This document shows positions 62,087 to 64,000 of a stretch of DNA of 64,000 nucleotides, piece after piece. The notes beneath the pieces were generated by a model, which was given only the letters and a program-made list of their open reading frames with translations, did not search any database and was not told where the DNA came from. The DNA is taken from NCBI GenBank assembly GCA_963771925.1, contig CAVYVE010000003.1, positions 30,053 to 94,052 of the forward strand, read 5' to 3'. Positions within the stretch are counted from its first letter, which is position 1. Every line of letters starts with the position of its first letter. A program made the position numbers and the translations under genes. This DNA comes from an uncultured Phycisphaerales bacterium. GTDB lineage: Bacteria; Planctomycetota; Phycisphaerae; Tepidisphaerales; Tepidisphaeraceae.

Positions 62087-63588
62087 TGGACATAGCGGCG
62101 GCCATCGGCAACGACGATCCGGGCGATGGCGGGGACAATCCCGGCGGGAGTGGTGGAGATAATCCGGGCGGCGGTGGCGGAGATAATCCGGGCGGCGACA
62201 ATCCCGGTGGCGATCAGCAGAATCCGCCGGCGAATCCGCTGGTGCCGGCCATGCCTCCGAATCATGCCAACGCGCAGCAGAATGCTTCGGAATCGCAAGG
62301 ACCGGCGGGAAATGCGATTTACAAGATCGACCCCGAGGGATTCGTGACGGAAATATTTCGGGAAGACGTGGTGATTTACGGCATGATCAGCGAGGGCAAT
62401 TTGCTGCTGGTGGGAACGGGCGAGGACGGAAATATTTACCAGGTGAACCCCGCCGCCCAAGAAACGATGGTGCTGGCGAAGGTGGATGCCAAGCAGGTCA
62501 TCTGTTTGCTGCCGGCAAAGGATGGGCGGATTTTCATGGGTCTGGCCAACACGGGCGGGGTGGCGGCGATGACGGCCGGATACGCGTCGCAAGGCACGTA
62601 TCTCAGTCCCGTATTGGATGCGACGCAGACGGCCCGATTCGGCAACTTGCAGCTTCACGGCCAGTTGCCGATCGGGACAAGCCTGAACGTCTCGACACGA
62701 AGCGGCAACGTAAGGGACGCGGATTCGCCGGGATGGTCGAAATGGTCGCCGCAGCGGCAGGCTTCGCAGTACATGAAAATCGACTCGCCGCCGGCGCGGT
62801 TCCTGCAATATCGCCTGACGTTTCAGACCAGCGATCCGTCGAACTCCGCGCTGGTGGATCACGTGGACGTGGCCTACCAGATTCCCAACCTCGCCCCGGT
62901 CGTCAAATCGGTCAAGATTGGAACCGACGCCGGTCAAGGCGAGAACGGCCAACAGGATGGCGGCCCGGGAGCGGCGCCGGCGGCACACGGCGGGGATGCC
63001 GGCGCCAAAACGCCCGGCGGAACGGGGACGCAAACCATTACCTGGGATGCTTCCGATCCCAACAACGATGTGCTGACGTACACACTCTATTTCCGCTTGG
63101 ATCAGGGGCCGTGGATTCTGCTCAAGGACGACCTGAAGGAATTGAGCTATGAATGGGACACGCGGACCGTGGCGGACGGGCAATACCAGGTGAAGGTCGT
63201 CGCATCGGATGCACTCTCAAACCAGCCGGGGGACGGCAAGACGGCCAGCCGGGTGAGCGATTACTTCATCGTCGACAACACCCCCCCCAACATCGGCGAC
63301 CTGGAATGCAAGGTGGTGGGCGAAACCGTCGACATTTCGCTGCGGGCGCAGGTTCGGACCAGCATCGTGGCCGGCGTGGAATACACGTTGGATTCCGGGA
63401 ACGAGTGGCAAACGGTGCTTCCGGTGAACGGCATGTTCGACGGTCCGAACGAAATCGTGAAATTTACGCTGAAGGGATTGACGGTCGGGGCGCATCAGGT
63501 GACGATCCGCGCCACGGACAGCCACGGCAATCAAGCGCTGCAGACCGTTTTGTTCAAGATCGAATCGGCGACGGCCCGCGGGCAATGA
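62083..63588 (+). CDS. beta-propeller / Ig-like domain protein, C-terminal part
   Basis: A GDNPGG low-complexity start is followed by propeller blades (NLLLVGTGEDGNIYQV) and then Ig/Fn3-like modules (ITWDASDPNNDVLTYTLYF..., VADGQYQVKVVASD). Confidence 0.6.
   Translation: MMDIAAAIGNDDPGDGGDNPGGSGGDNPGGGGGDNPGGDNPGGDQQNPPANPLVPAMPPNHANAQQNASESQGPAGNAIYKIDPEGFVTEIFREDVVIYGMISEGNLLLVGTGEDGNIYQVNPAAQETMVLAKVDAKQVICLLPAKDGRIFMGLANTGGVAAMTAGYASQGTYLSPVLDATQTARFGNLQLHGQLPIGTSLNVSTRSGNVRDADSPGWSKWSPQRQASQYMKIDSPPARFLQYRLTFQTSDPSNSALVDHVDVAYQIPNLAPVVKSVKIGTDAGQGENGQQDGGPGAAPAAHGGDAGAKTPGGTGTQTITWDASDPNNDVLTYTLYFRLDQGPWILLKDDLKELSYEWDTRTVADGQYQVKVVASDALSNQPGDGKTASRVSDYFIVDNTPPNIGDLECKVVGETVDISLRAQVRTSIVAGVEYTLDSGNEWQTVLPVNGMFDGPNEIVKFTLKGLTVGAHQVTIRATDSHGNQALQTVLFKIESATARGQ
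62115..62215 (+). repeat. imperfect tandem repeat encoding GDNPGG units
   Basis: It encodes PGDGGDNPGGSGGDNPGGGGGDNPGGDNPGGD, read directly from the sequence. Confidence 0.7.
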
Positions 63589-63620
63589 GATTCTCGCGGA
63601 TCAATAACAGGAACTGAATT

Positions 63621-63755
63621 ATGCATTACCCGCACAAGACGAGCAACATCAAGCGAGCCCGCAACATCGGATTCCGTGCCCGAATGCGCACGAAAAAGGG
63701 CCGGCAGATGATCAACCGCAAGCGCCGCGCCGGCCGGCGCGTGCAGGTGGTATGA
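63621..63755 (+). CDS. rpmH: 50S ribosomal protein L34
   Basis: 44-aa product MHYPHKTSNIKRARNIGFRARMRTKKGRQMINRKRRAGRRVQVV, a typical L34. Confidence 0.9.
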   Translation: MHYPHKTSNIKRARNIGFRARMRTKKGRQMINRKRRAGRRVQVV

Positions 63756-63783
63756 AGGCCGGGTCTGGCCCTGCAACTCGCTA

Positions 63784-63887
63784 AATACAACCACGAAGAC
63801 ACGAAGATCACGAAGACAGACACGAAGAAATGTATTTGCCTTTCTTCGTGTCTGTCTTCGTGATCTTCGTGTCTTCGTGGTTGTATT
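63784..63887. repeat. perfect 47-bp hairpin (10-nt loop), copy 2 of the CACGAAGA-repeat element
   Basis: 63784-63830 is the exact reverse complement of 63841-63887. The arms differ from copy 1 at one position (G to T), with the matching C to A change in the other arm. Confidence 0.9.
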
Positions 63888-63934
63888 GATGGACCCTGGT
63901 GCGAACGCGGTCGGATTAGCCTAAAATACCGGGT

Positions 63935-64000
63935 ATGAGAGCCGGGACGCTCCTTCTGCTCGGCATGTCGATTTGGGCCTGGTCGATTCCCCCCGCCCGT
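63935..64000 (+). CDS. start of an unidentified secreted or membrane protein (3' end outside the window)
   Basis: ATG 63935 gives MRAGTLLLLGMSIWAWSIPPAR, which looks like a signal peptide. Only 22 codons are visible. Confidence 0.3.
   Translation, partial: MRAGTLLLLGMSIWAWSIPPAR

Overview
This is a GC-rich bacterial chromosomal segment. Its gene content points to Planctomycetota: a DUF1559/H-X9-DG prepilin-type protein, PEP-CTERM anchors, N-terminal LExRxLLS motifs, dockerin-like Ca-binding repeats and a sigma-70 factor with a very long N-terminus.

Gene order, left to right:
- 0-2 kb: PPK2 tail, histidine phosphatase, acetate kinase.
- 2-6.5 kb: redox and sulfotransferase genes, several with broken reading frames.
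- 6.8-10.3 kb: extended sigma factor, divergent from a GT-C-like membrane protein.
- 10.3-12.4 kb: futalosine-pathway radical SAM gene interrupted by a palindromic element, then AMMECR1.
- 13.1-18.9 kb: TetR, a UxaC-like isomerase and a heavily frame-broken sugar ABC operon.
- 19.3-26.4 kb: UVR-motif protein, lipoprotein, PD-(D/E)XK-like orphan, tRNA-Gln(CTG), a second ADH, DsbA-like protein and a cNMP-domain thioredoxin-reductase-like gene.
- 26.5-33.2 kb: second GT-C-like membrane protein, a protein of about 1180 aa of unknown function, and a XylR/AraC regulator.
- 33.4-42.5 kb: secreted glycan-active and PEP-CTERM protein cluster.
- 42.6-43.5 kb: deoC.
- 43.6-53.6 kb, minus strand: exopolysaccharide locus.
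- 53.9-64 kb: clean housekeeping genes (TerC, pyrE, rnc, S55 peptidase, beta-propeller protein, rpmH).

Main observations:
1. The exopolysaccharide locus is built around a 1366-aa fusion of a processive GT2 synthase, a membrane region and two glycoside-hydrolase-like domains. It is translationally coupled (ATGA) to a TPR/beta-barrel exporter and sits with an acyltransferase, a degenerate BY-kinase and a beta-helix protein.
2. There are at least four families of long palindromic elements. One is a pair of perfect 44-47 bp hairpins carrying a compensatory base-pair change. Another is a 147-bp MITE-like element inside the radical SAM gene.
3. Frameshifts are very unevenly distributed among genes. 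This needs read-level checking before any gene is called a pseudogene.

All calls come from by-eye motif recognition on the ORF track and sequence. No database search was run. Boundaries of frame-broken genes are approximate.
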